From contig JAGHTU010000004.1 in NCBI GenBank assembly GCA_018065185.1, positions 60,042 through 124,041 of the forward strand: a stretch of DNA of 64,000 nucleotides, in the 5' to 3' direction. This document shows positions 28,810 through 39,749 of the stretch, piece after piece (within the stretch, counting starts at the first letter, position 1; every line of letters begins with the position of its first letter). The position numbers were made by a program, and so were the translations under genes. This DNA is from Candidatus Equicola faecalis. Lineage in GTDB: Bacteria > Bacteroidota > Bacteroidia > Bacteroidales > Bacteroidaceae. The notes under the pieces are model-generated. The model made no database searches. It was not told the DNA's origin and was given only the letters and a program-made list of their open reading frames with translations.

Positions 28810-29080
28810 GTTTTTCCCATCTTTGCCTCGTCGTCTTCCGCTCGTTGCCTACAAATCATCACGATCATTTGATAAAATCATCGTGATCATTTAGGTAAAT
28901 CATCGCGATCATTTAGGCAAATCATCACGATCATTTGGAGGCTCCGTTGGGTTGGCGTTGAGGCTTCGGTTGTTTGACTTCGAAGTATCGTATGGTTAAA
29001 GGTGATTCTTACACAGTTGAAGATCGCCACATTTTGGCTCGTTGATGACCTTTGCACACTTAATTTTCGTTGAACTTACG
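28810..29080 (+). repeat. Dispersed non-coding element family B, copy 1, with a 4 x 22-bp array
   Basis: AAATCATC(A/G)(C/T)GATCATTT units at 28853, 28875, 28897 and 28919. The flanks match 63402-63659 in reverse. Confidence 0.9.
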
Positions 29081-29122
29081 CCATAGGTGGATTCTATATA
29101 AAAGAGGGGGTACAACTATCGA

Positions 29123-29286
29123 TAAATCGCTGTTTTCCAATCCTTGCCTCGTCGTCTTCCGCTCGTTGCCTACAAATCGTCGTGACAATTCGAGCAAATC
29201 GTCGTGACAAGTTGAGTAAATCGTCGTGACAAGTTAGGCAAATCGTCGTGACGATTTGGGGGCTCTGTTGGTTTGACCTTGAGGCA
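29123..29286 (+). repeat. Dispersed element family B, copy 2 (partial, tandem)
   Basis: Same leader TTGCCTCGTCGTCTTCCGCTCGTTGCCTAC, then AAATCGTCGTGAC units at 29174, 29196, 29218 and 29240. Confidence 0.9.
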
Positions 29287-29322
29287 AAGATGAGTTATTA
29301 GTTATAAAACGAGAAATTAAAA

Positions 29323-29385
29323 CAATTGTCAATTATCAATTATCAATTGTCAATTATCAATTATCAATTGTCAATTATCAATTGT
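29323..29385. repeat. Heptamer tandem repeat (CAATTRT)9 overlapping the mfd 3' end
   Basis: Nine units of CAATTGT or CAATTAT counted directly. Confidence 0.95.
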
Positions 29386-32300
29386 CTAAGCACCTCGATG
29401 GCTTGGCTGACGGAAGCAACAGAGGAAATGGAGATGATGCGTTTTCCTTTGACTTCCTTTATCTGGCAGCGGCGCGGATTAGTGGCGATGAACTGCAACA
29501 AGGCATCGAAAGCCTGACTCTGATAGTATGGGCTGTCGTTGTTCGTTACCAACCCGAGATTCATCCGTCCCTGCTTCAGCATGATGCGCTCAATGCCCAG
29601 TCTTACTCCTCGCTGGCGGAGAAGCACCACCCTCATGAGGTCTTCGCCCACAGAAGGCACCTCGCCAAAGCGGTCGATGAGCCTTGCACGGAAACGCTCC
29701 ACCTCATCGGCAGACTTCAAGGAGTCAAGTTCACGATAGAGCATCATCCTCTCGCCCGAAGAAGGCACATAACTCTCAGGGAAATACATCTCAAGGTCGG
29801 TCTCGAGCGAACAGTCGGAGACAAACGTCATGGAGTTGTCCGTAGCGGCTTCGCCCTCTGCCACAGCCATCACATCGCTCTCCTCATTGCGTATCTCTGC
29901 CACAGCCTCGGAGAGAATCTTCTGGTAAGTCTCATATCCCAAATCGGCGATGAAACCGCTCTGCTCCGAGCCGAGCAGATTGCCTGCCCCACGGATGTCG
30001 AGGTCTTGCATGGCAAGATGAATGCCACTGCCAAGGTCGGAGAAATTCTCGATGGCTTCCAAGCGTCGCCGTGCATCGAGAGGCAACGCGCTCAGTGGCG
30101 GAGCCAAGAGATAACAGAACGCCTTGCGATTGCCACGCCCCACACGTCCGCGCATCTGGTGCAGGTCGGAAAGCCCAAAGTGTTGCGCATTGTTGATGAT
30201 GATGGTGTTTGCGTTTGGAATGTCTATGCCGTTCTCAACGATAGTGGTGGAAAGCAACACATCATAATCGTAATTGACAAAGCCCATGATGATGTTCTCC
30301 AGTTCCTCAGGCTTCATCTGCCCATGCCCGATGGCGATGCGACACTCTGGCAGACGTCTTTTCACCGTATTATACAAGTCGTCAAGAGAATTGATGCGGT
30401 TGCTCACAAAGAACACCTGCCCGTTTCTGTCCATCTCAAAACGTATAGCGTCGGCTATAAGGTCGGCATCAAACGTATGCACCTCAGTCTGTATCGGATA
30501 GCGGTTAGGCGGTGGGGTCTGTATGACGCTCATATCGCGCGCGCCCATCAGAGAGAACTGCAAGGTGCGCGGAATCGGCGTTGCACTCATCGTGATGGTA
30601 TCGACATTAGTCTTTATCTGGCGCAATTTCTCTTTTACAGCGACACCGAACTTCTGTTCCTCATCGATGATGAGCAAACCAAGGTCGTGGAAATGCACCG
30701 TCTTGCTTATCAGTTTATGAGTGCCGATGATGATGTCTATCTTCCCCTGTTGCAGGTCTTGCAGGAGTGCGGTGGTTTTCTTTGCAGAGCGCGCACGCGA
30801 GAGATAATCCACCCTGACGGGGAGGTCACGCAGTCGCTCGGAGAATGTCTTGTAATGCTGGAACGCCAAGACCGTGGTGGGCACGAGCACCGCCACCTGC
30901 TTCCCATCGCACGCCGCCTTGAATGCCGCACGCACCGCCACCTCCGTCTTGCCGAAGCCTACATCGCCACAGATAAGGCGGTCCATCGGTTGAGGACGCT
31001 CCATATCAGCCTTGACATCGTTTGTGGCTTTGAGCTGGTCAGGCGTGTCTTCATAGAGAAAACTTGCTTCCAGTTCGTGTTGCATGAAACAGTCGGAGGA
31101 AAAGGCAAACCCTTTGGCGCGACGTCTTGTGGCGTAAAGGCGTATCAGGTCGCGAGCAATGTCTTTTATCTTCTTCTTTGTACGCGCCTTGAGATTTTCC
31201 CACGCCCCAGTGCCCAATCGGCTCAACTTGACGTTCTCCGCCCCTTCCTTACCCTTATATTTAGAAACCTTGTGCAAGGAGTGGATGGAGACGTAAATGG
31301 TGTCGTTGTTCTGATAGCCGATTTTTATCATCTCCTGAAATCCGTCTCCCTGTGGCAGACGCACAAGGCCTTCGAAGCGACCGATGCCATGGTCAACATG
31401 CACGATGAAATCGCCCACTTCAAACTGTTGCAACTCTTTCAGCGTGAGAGCCACCTTACCGCTACGCACCTTCTCCGAGCGGAGGTTATACTTATGGAAA
31501 CGGTCGAAAATCTGATGATCCGTAAAGAAGCAGGCTTTTAAGTCGCCGTCCACGAACCCCTCATGTAGCGTCCGTTCAACGGGAGTGAAAGTGATGAAGC
31601 GCGACTGTTCTTCAAAAATATCCTTCAACCGCTGGTGTTGCTTACTGCTGTCGGCAAGGATAAAGATGCGGTAGGAACGGTTGATATAGTCCTCAAGCGT
31701 CTCTTTCAGCAGGTCGAAATTCTTATGAAACAGCGGTTGCGCCACAGTGTTGAAACGATACGCACCATCTCCGCCCTGAGACTTCGCTCGGATGTCAATA
31801 CGGCGCATCGATTTGGCACGCCTCTGGAAGTCTTCATCCTCCACGCTGTCGCATATAAAGCGAAAGTCACGAGTGACGAGGAGCGTATCATCGGGCATGA
31901 TGTCAATGATGGACGATGTCTCAAGAGCCTCCTCATCGCCCTCTGCCGAGGCATCAATGTTGCCGACAATCTCTATTGCCTCCAACTCCTGAAGGGAAAG
32001 TTGCGTCTGCACATCAAAAGTGCGGATGGAATCCACATCATCACCGAAGAAATCCACGCGGAACGGATATTCACTGCTGAAGGAGAACACATCGACGATG
32101 CCTCCACGCATGGCATACTGCCCGGGCTCATAGACGTAATCCACCTCCATAAACCCCATCTCGTCAAGCCTTGTTGCGATGGCAGTCATCTTCATCCTCT
32201 CGCCATGACGAACCGTCAGGATATTCTTCAAGAGCGAACCTTCCTTCCTCACCCTCTCGCTCACAGCATCGGGATAGGAGATGATGAACGTTGCAGCGTC

Positions 32301-32672
32301 TCTTTCATCATCATCATCATCGCGCGCCAGACGCGCCAGCACCTGCGTGCGCAATATCTCGCCACCAGCATCGCGCTGTGCCGATGCTCGGCTGTGGCGA
32401 CGGAATGGCGAGGCGAAGAACAGCACGTTCACATCGCCCTGCAACTGGCATAAATCATGATAGAAATAGCCGGCTTCCTCCTCATCGTTGAGGATGATGA
32501 AAAAAGTCTTTGCTCCGACATCGCAAGAAATGGAAGAAAGGGCGACAGGCAGAGACGATGCCTGCAGACCAAAAAGAGTGATGACCTTCTTCCTCCCCTG
32601 ACGTATCTCATCGGCGAGCAAGTCCACCATCGGCAAACGCCGATACATCCTGCGCAACATCTCTATCTCCAT
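29364..32672 (-). CDS. mfd: Transcription-repair coupling factor
   Basis: [55 protein letters not shown] and [12 protein letters not shown]. Confidence 0.97.
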   Translation of the reverse strand: MEIEMLRRMYRRLPMVDLLADEIRQGRKKVITLFGLQASSLPVALSSISCDVGAKTFFIILNDEEEAGYFYHDLCQLQGDVNVLFFASPFRRHSRASAQRDAGGEILRTQVLARLARDDDDDERDAATFIISYPDAVSERVRKEGSLLKNILTVRHGERMKMTAIATRLDEMGFMEVDYVYEPGQYAMRGGIVDVFSFSSEYPFRVDFFGDDVDSIRTFDVQTQLSLQELEAIEIVGNIDASAEGDEEALETSSIIDIMPDDTLLVTRDFRFICDSVEDEDFQRRAKSMRRIDIRAKSQGGDGAYRFNTVAQPLFHKNFDLLKETLEDYINRSYRIFILADSSKQHQRLKDIFEEQSRFITFTPVERTLHEGFVDGDLKACFFTDHQIFDRFHKYNLRSEKVRSGKVALTLKELQQFEVGDFIVHVDHGIGRFEGLVRLPQGDGFQEMIKIGYQNNDTIYVSIHSLHKVSKYKGKEGAENVKLSRLGTGAWENLKARTKKKIKDIARDLIRLYATRRRAKGFAFSSDCFMQHELEASFLYEDTPDQLKATNDVKADMERPQPMDRLICGDVGFGKTEVAVRAAFKAACDGKQVAVLVPTTVLAFQHYKTFSERLRDLPVRVDYLSRARSAKKTTALLQDLQQGKIDIIIGTHKLISKTVHFHDLGLLIIDEEQKFGVAVKEKLRQIKTNVDTITMSATPIPRTLQFSLMGARDMSVIQTPPPNRYPIQTEVHTFDADLIADAIRFEMDRNGQVFFVSNRINSLDDLYNTVKRRLPECRIAIGHGQMKPEELENIIMGFVNYDYDVLLSTTIVENGIDIPNANTIIINNAQHFGLSDLHQMRGRVGRGNRKAFCYLLAPPLSALPLDARRRLEAIENFSDLGSGIHLAMQDLDIRGAGNLLGSEQSGFIADLGYETYQKILSEAVAEIRNEESDVMAVAEGEAATDNSMTFVSDCSLETDLEMYFPESYVPSSGERMMLYRELDSLKSADEVERFRARLIDRFGEVPSVGEDLMRVVLLRQRGVRLGIERIMLKQGRMNLGLVTNNDSPYYQSQAFDALLQFIATNPRRCQIKEVKGKRIISISSVASVSQAIEVLRQLIIDN

Positions 32673-32763
32673 GCGGTGCAAAAGTAATTATTTTTTCATC
32701 ATATATTGTCATTCGAGATAATTTAGTAACTTTGGCACATATTAACTATCATATCTAAAAAAG

Positions 32764-33984
32764 ATGAAGAAAACTTTATTTACCATTTGTGCATGGATGC
32801 TCGTCTCGGTATGCTACGCAGCAGACGTCGTAGTGAGCGTGACTAACAAAGAAGATGTGCAACGTCAGGAACTCGTAGAGATAGATGCTACACAAATATA
32901 CAAAAGACTGGACATCAAACAGGGGAAAAACTTTATCGTCAGGAATGCACTCAATCAGGAAGTGTCCTATCAGGAGACTTATGACGGGAAGATTCTGCTC
33001 GACGTTGCCGTGCGCCCACAGGGGACGGCAGTGTTCACCTTCTCCAAAGGCACACCACGCCCGATGCAGGACTTCGTGAAAGGTCGCCACTATCCGGAGC
33101 GTGTGGATGACATTGCGTGGGAAAACGACCGTGGAGCATATCGTCTTTATGGTCCTGCCCTACAGGCAAGTGGTGAACAGGCATTCGGCAACGATGTGTG
33201 GGCAAAGAACACACCCGACTTGGAAGTGGAAAAGCGTTATCGCACAGAACTTGACAATCACCCGATGATACAACAGTTGCTGAAAGAAGGCAAGAAAGAA
33301 GAAGCAGCAGCAATGGAGGAAGCCACCACCTACCACTTCGACCATGGTTACGGGCTGGACTGCTACAAGGTGGGGCCGTCACTCGGTTGTGGCACACCGG
33401 CAATACTCCTCGCTGGTGAGATAAAATACCCTTATTGCTACAAGACATACAAGATTCTCGACAATGGTCCGTTGCGCTTTACGGTAGAGTTGACATATAA
33501 TAAGGAGAACATCGGAACAGAGCGCGACATCGTGGAGCATCGCATATTGAGTTGCGACAAGGGGTCTAATTATAATAAGGTGACAGTGTGGTACGATGGT
33601 TTCAAGCATCCTTTTGAGGTGTGTGCCGGCATAGTCGTACACAACGAAGACACAAAGAGCCTTGAATGTGGAGACGGTTTCATCCTCTATGCCGACCCGA
33701 CAGATAACCCGACAAAGCAGAATTTCCAAATCTATACAGGCGTCATCTTCCCTATGGATGGAGTGAAGACGGAATTTACTACACTCGGCCACAATGCCAA
33801 CACGGCAAAAGGCATTGCCGGCCATCTGATAGGTCACAAGATGATGCAACCGCAGGAGAGGTTCACATATTACTTTGGTAGCGCATGGAGCAAATATGAT
33901 GTGCGTAATTTCCACGAGTGGCGACTTCGCACACACACCACCATCGACGCCATCAAAACACCATTACAGGTATGCATAAAATGA
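32764..33984 (+). CDS. DUF4861-family exported protein
   Basis: Signal peptide, DDIAWENDRGAYRLYGP and DCYKVGPSLGCG. Confidence 0.75.
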   Translation: MKKTLFTICAWMLVSVCYAADVVVSVTNKEDVQRQELVEIDATQIYKRLDIKQGKNFIVRNALNQEVSYQETYDGKILLDVAVRPQGTAVFTFSKGTPRPMQDFVKGRHYPERVDDIAWENDRGAYRLYGPALQASGEQAFGNDVWAKNTPDLEVEKRYRTELDNHPMIQQLLKEGKKEEAAAMEEATTYHFDHGYGLDCYKVGPSLGCGTPAILLAGEIKYPYCYKTYKILDNGPLRFTVELTYNKENIGTERDIVEHRILSCDKGSNYNKVTVWYDGFKHPFEVCAGIVVHNEDTKSLECGDGFILYADPTDNPTKQNFQIYTGVIFPMDGVKTEFTTLGHNANTAKGIAGHLIGHKMMQPQERFTYYFGSAWSKYDVRNFHEWRLRTHTTIDAIKTPLQVCIK

Positions 33985-34844
33985 TGTTCTCAGGTCTTGG
34001 CACAGCACTCCTCACGCCGTTTTGCGAGAATGGCGATATTGACTACGATGCCCTGTCGCGCATCATAGAATGTCAGATAGCAGGAGGTGCTGACTTCCTG
34101 TGCATTCTTGCCACGACCGCCGAGACACCTACGCTGACACTACGGGAGAAAGCAGAACTGCGCTCGTTCATCACACGACAGGTGCGAGGGCGGCTACCGA
34201 TCGTCGCCGGCTGTGGAGGAAATTCCACCCGAGCGGTCTGCGAGGAACTCTCTGCCACCGACTGGAAGGACATTGATGCCATCCTCAGCGTAGTGCCATA
34301 CTACAACAAACCATCACAGGAAGGGCTTTTTCAGCATTTCACCACCATCGGCAAGGCATCGCCACTGCCCGTGATGCTGTATAACGTGCCGAGTCGCACC
34401 GGCGTCAACATGACGGCAGACACCACCCTGCGCATAGCGCGCGAATGCGAAAACGTCATAGCCATCAAAGAAGCAAGTGGCGACATGGAGCAAATCCGAA
34501 GAATCATTGAGCAGTGTCCAGAACATTTCAAGGTGTTCAGCGGAGATGATGCTCTGGCTCTTGACATCATGCGCATGGGCGGAGAAGGAGTGATCTCTGT
34601 CATTGCCAACGGCATGATAAGAGAGTTTGCGAAAATGATTCATCTTGCCCAAGAAGGACAATTCGAAGATGCAACAAGCATCAACAGCCGATTCGCTCCG
34701 CTTTATCCACTAATGTTCTGTGATGGCAATCCGGCTGGGATAAAAGCACTCATGTCGCAAAAGGGAATGTTAGGAAACACACTCCGACTTCCTCTTGTGA
34801 CGGCAACACAGCAGACACAACAGAAAATACAAGAACTCATTTAG
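33981..34844 (+). CDS. dapA: 4-hydroxy-tetrahydrodipicolinate synthase
   Basis: GTALLTPF, TTAETPTL, PYYNKPSQEG, YNVPSRTG, IKEASG and SGDD. Confidence 0.9.
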   Translation: MMFSGLGTALLTPFCENGDIDYDALSRIIECQIAGGADFLCILATTAETPTLTLREKAELRSFITRQVRGRLPIVAGCGGNSTRAVCEELSATDWKDIDAILSVVPYYNKPSQEGLFQHFTTIGKASPLPVMLYNVPSRTGVNMTADTTLRIARECENVIAIKEASGDMEQIRRIIEQCPEHFKVFSGDDALALDIMRMGGEGVISVIANGMIREFAKMIHLAQEGQFEDATSINSRFAPLYPLMFCDGNPAGIKALMSQKGMLGNTLRLPLVTATQQTQQKIQELI

Positions 34845-34854
34845 ACACAATACA

Positions 34855-36087
34855 ATGAAACGAACACTGACCATCACACTCTGCCTCATCTCATCGCTTT
34901 GCGGTTTTGCTCAAAGCCTTGAAGTGACAGTAACCAACCCCATGAAAGGACAGCGTAATGACGTGCCTGTGGTGATAAACATCGAGAAACATCATGCACG
35001 TAGCGCGACAGTCACCCTCGGCACGAAGGAAATACCATGCCAGTTGGACGACCTCAATGGCGATGGCATCTTTGATGAATTATGCTTTTTGGCTGATTTC
35101 AGCGATAAAGGTAAGCAGATTTATAAGGTTGCACTCTCAAGCCGTGGCGAGATGCGCAACTACCCTGCTCGCGTCTATGCCGAAATGTTGCTCAATCACC
35201 CAAAACAGAAAAACCAACGGCAGACAAACTATATTTCCTCACTCACCACCGAGGGAAAAGCCGACATTTACAACTGCCTTCAGCATCACGGACCTGCATT
35301 CGAGAGTGAGTTGGCTGCCTACCGCATATACTTCGACAAACGACAGACAGTGGATATTTATGCCAAGTATCATAAAGGGCTGGAACTGCATCAGACACAG
35401 TTCTACCCGACACGAGAAGAACTCAACGAGGGTTTCGGCGATGACTGTCTGTGGGTGGGTTCAACACTTGGGCTCGGCACGCTACGCGGATGGAACGGAG
35501 AAAAACCGACTTTCCTTGATGATGTCAAATCACGCACCGAGCGCATCATTGCCTACGGACCATTACGCACCATCGTAGAAGTCGTGGATGAGAAGTGGAA
35601 CACAGGCAACGTCGGGCGCAACGAAGTAAACATGACCACACGTTACACCCTCTATGGCGGACATCGGGACGTGCAGGTGGACATCACACTGCAAGACGCA
35701 CAATGCTCTCCAGCTGAGGATGGTTACACCCTCTGCACCGGCATCATCAACGTAAAGAACTCAACAGAATATACCGACGACAAAGGGCTTCGTGGCTGTT
35801 GGGGCACTGACTGGCCAGTGAGCGAAAAGGACAGTATCGGTCATAAACGCGAGACCGTAGGGCTGGGCATCTGCATCCCGCCGAAGTATCTGCTGAAGCA
35901 GTTGCCGAAAGATAAAGACAACTACGCCATGTTAGTCACTCCGCAAAATGGCGAACTGCATTATAACATCTGCTTTGCCAGCGACAACGAGGACTTTGGC
36001 TATCATAGCGACAAGGCGTTCTATGCTTTCTTGAAAGAGTGGCGTAAGGGGTTGGACAATCCTGTGAAAATAACTATTGGCAATTGA
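34855..36087 (+). CDS. DUF4861-family exported protein, second paralogue
   Basis: Signal peptide, QLDDLNGDG, HHGPAFESELAAYRIYFD, VGSTLGLG and GPLRTIVEV. Confidence 0.7.
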   Translation: MKRTLTITLCLISSLCGFAQSLEVTVTNPMKGQRNDVPVVINIEKHHARSATVTLGTKEIPCQLDDLNGDGIFDELCFLADFSDKGKQIYKVALSSRGEMRNYPARVYAEMLLNHPKQKNQRQTNYISSLTTEGKADIYNCLQHHGPAFESELAAYRIYFDKRQTVDIYAKYHKGLELHQTQFYPTREELNEGFGDDCLWVGSTLGLGTLRGWNGEKPTFLDDVKSRTERIIAYGPLRTIVEVVDEKWNTGNVGRNEVNMTTRYTLYGGHRDVQVDITLQDAQCSPAEDGYTLCTGIINVKNSTEYTDDKGLRGCWGTDWPVSEKDSIGHKRETVGLGICIPPKYLLKQLPKDKDNYAMLVTPQNGELHYNICFASDNEDFGYHSDKAFYAFLKEWRKGLDNPVKITIGN

Positions 36088-37100
36088 AAACCACCGTCAT
36101 CATACTCAACTGGAATGGGAAGGAAATGTTACGGCGTTATCTCCCTGTTCTCTTGCATTGCACACAGGAGGCTATCATTTGCGTTGCCGACAACGCATCC
36201 TCAGACGGTAGTCTGGAGATGTTGCAGGCAGAGTTTCCACAAGTCAAAACCATACGTCTTGACCGGAACTATGGCTTTGCCGAAGGTTACAATCGGGCAT
36301 TACAGACTGTGGAGACCAAATATGCCGTACTGCTTAATTCTGATGTTGAGGTGGAAGATGGTTGGCTTTCTCCTCTTGAGGAATTTATGGATGAGCATAG
36401 CCAATGTGCTGCTTGCCAACCGAAATTACGCTCGGTAAAATCACGAGATAGGTTTGAATATGCTGGTGCGGCTGGAGGTTTCCTTGACCGCTACGGCTAT
36501 CCGTTCTGTCGCGGTCGTCTGTTTGAGAGGGTGGAACGAGACGAAGGTCAATATGATGATGCTTGTCGCGTGATGTGGGCAACAGGAGCAGCGATGATGG
36601 TGCGGATGGATGATTATAATGCTGTCGGTGGACTTGATGCAAAATTCTTTGCGCACAATGAGGAGATAGACCTATGTTGGCGTCTGCAACTCATCGGTAA
36701 GGAGATTTGGTGCGTGCCACAAAGTGTGGTCTTTCACGTGGGAGGAGCAACCCTCAGCAAAGGCAATCCGCGAAAGACCTACCTCAATTTCCGAAACAAC
36801 CTGCTGATGCTGTACAAGAATCTGCCACAAGAAGAGTTAGCGACAGTGATGCGCATACGCTACTGCCTCGATTATATGGCAGCATGGCAGGCACTTATTC
36901 TCCACGGACATTGGAGAGACTTCAAGGCAATCTATAAGGCGCGTCATGATTTTCAGCGGATGAAAGCCGACTACCGCACGGTGCGCCAACAGATACAGCA
37001 AAATGCTGTGGGGACAGCCCTCATCACACCTGTATCTATCGTTTCTCTGTATTTTCTAAAAGGCGTCCGCACGTTCTCTGCCATACGGCCATTGAAATAA
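36084..37100 (+). CDS. Family 2 glycosyltransferase
   Basis: VIILNWNG, VADNASSDGS, NYGFAEGYN, LLNSD and EEIDLCWR. Confidence 0.9.
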   Translation: MKTTVIILNWNGKEMLRRYLPVLLHCTQEAIICVADNASSDGSLEMLQAEFPQVKTIRLDRNYGFAEGYNRALQTVETKYAVLLNSDVEVEDGWLSPLEEFMDEHSQCAACQPKLRSVKSRDRFEYAGAAGGFLDRYGYPFCRGRLFERVERDEGQYDDACRVMWATGAAMMVRMDDYNAVGGLDAKFFAHNEEIDLCWRLQLIGKEIWCVPQSVVFHVGGATLSKGNPRKTYLNFRNNLLMLYKNLPQEELATVMRIRYCLDYMAAWQALILHGHWRDFKAIYKARHDFQRMKADYRTVRQQIQQNAVGTALITPVSIVSLYFLKGVRTFSAIRPLK

Positions 37101-37226
37101 CAACGTCTTTTTATACCCATCGGAATGACAGATTGCTTTTCTGAATGTAATGCTGAAAAGAGTTTTGTATAGTGGAAAGAAAATAGTAATTTTGCACGGA
37201 TATAGAAAATAACGGCAAAACAGACT

Positions 37227-39695
37227 ATGAATATATCTTATAAATGGCTCAAGGATTATCTTGACTTTGACCTTACGCCACAGGAAGTGGCAGACGCTAT
37301 TACATCGACAGGTTTGGAAGTGGATGCACTTGAAGAAGTGCAGAGCATAAAAGGTGGTTTGAAAGGATTGTATGTAGGGGAAGTCCTCACATGTGAGGAG
37401 CATCCTGACTCAGACCATCTGCATGTAACTACCGTTGACCTCGGGAAAGATGAACCGTCACAGATTGTGTGTGGAGCGCCAAACGTGGCAAAAGGTCAGA
37501 AGGTGATAGTGGCAGACATCGGGTGTGTACTCTATGACGGCGACAAGGAATTTGTCATAAAGAAATCAAAACTGCGTGGCGTACCATCAAATGGTATGAT
37601 ATGCGCTGAAGACGAAATAGGCATCGGTACTTCTCATGACGGCATCATCGTGCTTCCGCAAGATGCACAGGTGGGAATGCCGGCAGCAGAATACTATCAT
37701 TTAGAGAGCGACTGGCTCATTGAGGTAGATATTACAGCCAACCGTGCTGACGGCTTGTCACATTATGGCGTGGCACGCGACCTGTATGCATGGATGCTGA
37801 GCAATGGTAGGAAGGCGACATTGAGACGCCCATCGTGTGAGGGTTTTGCGACAGACAACCATGATTGTGAGATAAAGGTGACGGTAAGAAATGAAGAAGC
37901 CTGCCCACGTTATGCTGCAGTGAGCATCACCGACTGCGAAGTAAAAGAAAGCCCAGAATGGCTCAAAGCACGCCTCAACACCATAGGTCTGCGCCCGATA
38001 AACAACATCGTTGACATCACAAACTATATAATGATGTCATACGGTCAGCCATTACACTGCTTTGATGCAGACATGATAGAGGGTGGAGAAATCATCGTTG
38101 AGACAAAGCCGGAAGGCACTCCTTTCGTAACGCTTGACGGTGAGGAGCACAAACTCTCGGCAAGAGACCTCGCTATCTGCAACCAGAAAGAAGCAATGTG
38201 TATTGCAGGAGTGTTCGGGGGGAAAGGAAGCGGAACGTATGCAACGACAAAGAATGTCGTGCTTGAGAGTGCTTATTTCAACCCGACATGGATAAGAAAA
38301 TCAGCACGTCGCCACGGATTGAGCACAGATGCAAGTTATCGCTTTGAGCGTGGCGTTGATCCTAACGGCACAATATACGCGCTTAAGCAGGCAGCACTGA
38401 TGTGTAAGGAACTTGCAGGCGGTAAGATATCAATGGATATTGTAGATGTCTATCCGAATCCTATCAAACCAGCGAAAGTGGCACTTTCGTATGATTATAT
38501 AAACACACTCGTAGGAAAGATTATCCCACAAGACAGGGTAAAGGCTATCGTCACCTCGCTGGAGATGAAGATAACGAATGAGACACTGGATGGTTTAGAA
38601 TTAGAAATCCCAACATACAGAGTAGATGTCACGCGCCCATGCGACGTTGTGGAAGATATTCTGCGCATCTATGGTTACAATAATGTGGAAATACCAACAG
38701 CACTCAAAAGTTCGCTCACGACGAAGACCGATGAGGACGCTCACCACAAGATGGAGAATATCATCAGCGAACAGTTAGTGGGAGCAGGGTTCAACGAAAT
38801 TCTAAATAATTCACTCACAAAGAGTGATTACTACAGCACTCTCGCTACATATCCACAAGAGGCATGTGTAAGATTGATGAACCCACTGAGTTCTGACCTA
38901 AACGTACTGCGACAGACACTCCTATTCGGTGGTTTGGAAAGCATCGCGCACAATGCCAACCGTAAGAATGGCGATGTCCGTTTCTTTGAGTTTGGCAACT
39001 GCTATCACCACAATGACAAGGTGGAAGTAAGCGAAGAGGAAAGTCCGCTGAAACGCTATACGGAAGAGACTCACCTCGGCATGTGGATGAGCGGAAAGAA
39101 CATCATCGGCAGTTGGGCACATGCTGACGAAGAATCATCGTTCTATATGCTCAAGGCACAGACAGATAACGTATTTGCACGTGTGGGCATTAACCCGAAT
39201 ACAATCATAACAAAAGCATCGGAAAACGACATCTTCTCGCAGGGGCTTGCCATCTGTAACAGAGGCGGAAAAGTGCTGGCAGAAGTGGGAATCGTTAGTG
39301 CAGCACTGCAAAAGAGATTCGGGATAAGCAATAAAGTGTATTTCGCAGACATCAACTGGACTGCACTTATGAAGGCTATAAGGAAAAATGTCGTCTCATT
39401 CCACGAAATAAGCAAATTCCCTGCAGTGAGCCGCGACTTGGCATTGCTCATTGACTCAAACATCGAGTTTGCACGCATTGAGGAAGTGGCACGACAGACA
39501 GAGAAAAAACTTCTAAAGAAAGTGCAACTCTTCGATGTCTATGAGGGAAAGAACTTACCAGACGGAAAGAAAAGTTACGCTGTGAACTTTATCCTGCAAG
39601 ACGAACAGCAGACACTCAACGACAGGAAGATTGATGATATCATGAACCGCCTCATCGCCCAACTGAAGAAACAGTTAGGTGCAGAATTAAGGTAA
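37227..39695 (+). CDS. pheT: Phenylalanine-tRNA ligase beta subunit
   Basis: MNISYKWL, IVCGAPNV, ITANRAD, RPINNIVDITNY, RFERGVD and FPAVSRDLA. Confidence 0.97.
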   Translation: MNISYKWLKDYLDFDLTPQEVADAITSTGLEVDALEEVQSIKGGLKGLYVGEVLTCEEHPDSDHLHVTTVDLGKDEPSQIVCGAPNVAKGQKVIVADIGCVLYDGDKEFVIKKSKLRGVPSNGMICAEDEIGIGTSHDGIIVLPQDAQVGMPAAEYYHLESDWLIEVDITANRADGLSHYGVARDLYAWMLSNGRKATLRRPSCEGFATDNHDCEIKVTVRNEEACPRYAAVSITDCEVKESPEWLKARLNTIGLRPINNIVDITNYIMMSYGQPLHCFDADMIEGGEIIVETKPEGTPFVTLDGEEHKLSARDLAICNQKEAMCIAGVFGGKGSGTYATTKNVVLESAYFNPTWIRKSARRHGLSTDASYRFERGVDPNGTIYALKQAALMCKELAGGKISMDIVDVYPNPIKPAKVALSYDYINTLVGKIIPQDRVKAIVTSLEMKITNETLDGLELEIPTYRVDVTRPCDVVEDILRIYGYNNVEIPTALKSSLTTKTDEDAHHKMENIISEQLVGAGFNEILNNSLTKSDYYSTLATYPQEACVRLMNPLSSDLNVLRQTLLFGGLESIAHNANRKNGDVRFFEFGNCYHHNDKVEVSEEESPLKRYTEETHLGMWMSGKNIIGSWAHADEESSFYMLKAQTDNVFARVGINPNTIITKASENDIFSQGLAICNRGGKVLAEVGIVSAALQKRFGISNKVYFADINWTALMKAIRKNVVSFHEISKFPAVSRDLALLIDSNIEFARIEEVARQTEKKLLKKVQLFDVYEGKNLPDGKKSYAVNFILQDEQQTLNDRKIDDIMNRLIAQLKKQLGAELR

Positions 39696-39749
39696 TTTAT
39701 AATTAAAGTTATTGACCATTGACGATTGACATTATAAAATAAAAATAAT

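Noticed and set aside
28853-29261. 22-bp arrays as a CRISPR array (also 3921-4243, 53205-53532 and 63525-63608)
   Set aside because: The units are contiguous with at most ~4 variable bases. There are no unique 25-45 bp spacers and no cas genes in the window.
29382-31541. 719-aa plus-strand ORF, and similar long antisense ORFs at 20164-21225, 31635-32453 and 61175-61996
   Set aside because: They are antisense shadows of well-supported genes (mfd, Ogl-like, etfA) and have no recognisable motifs.
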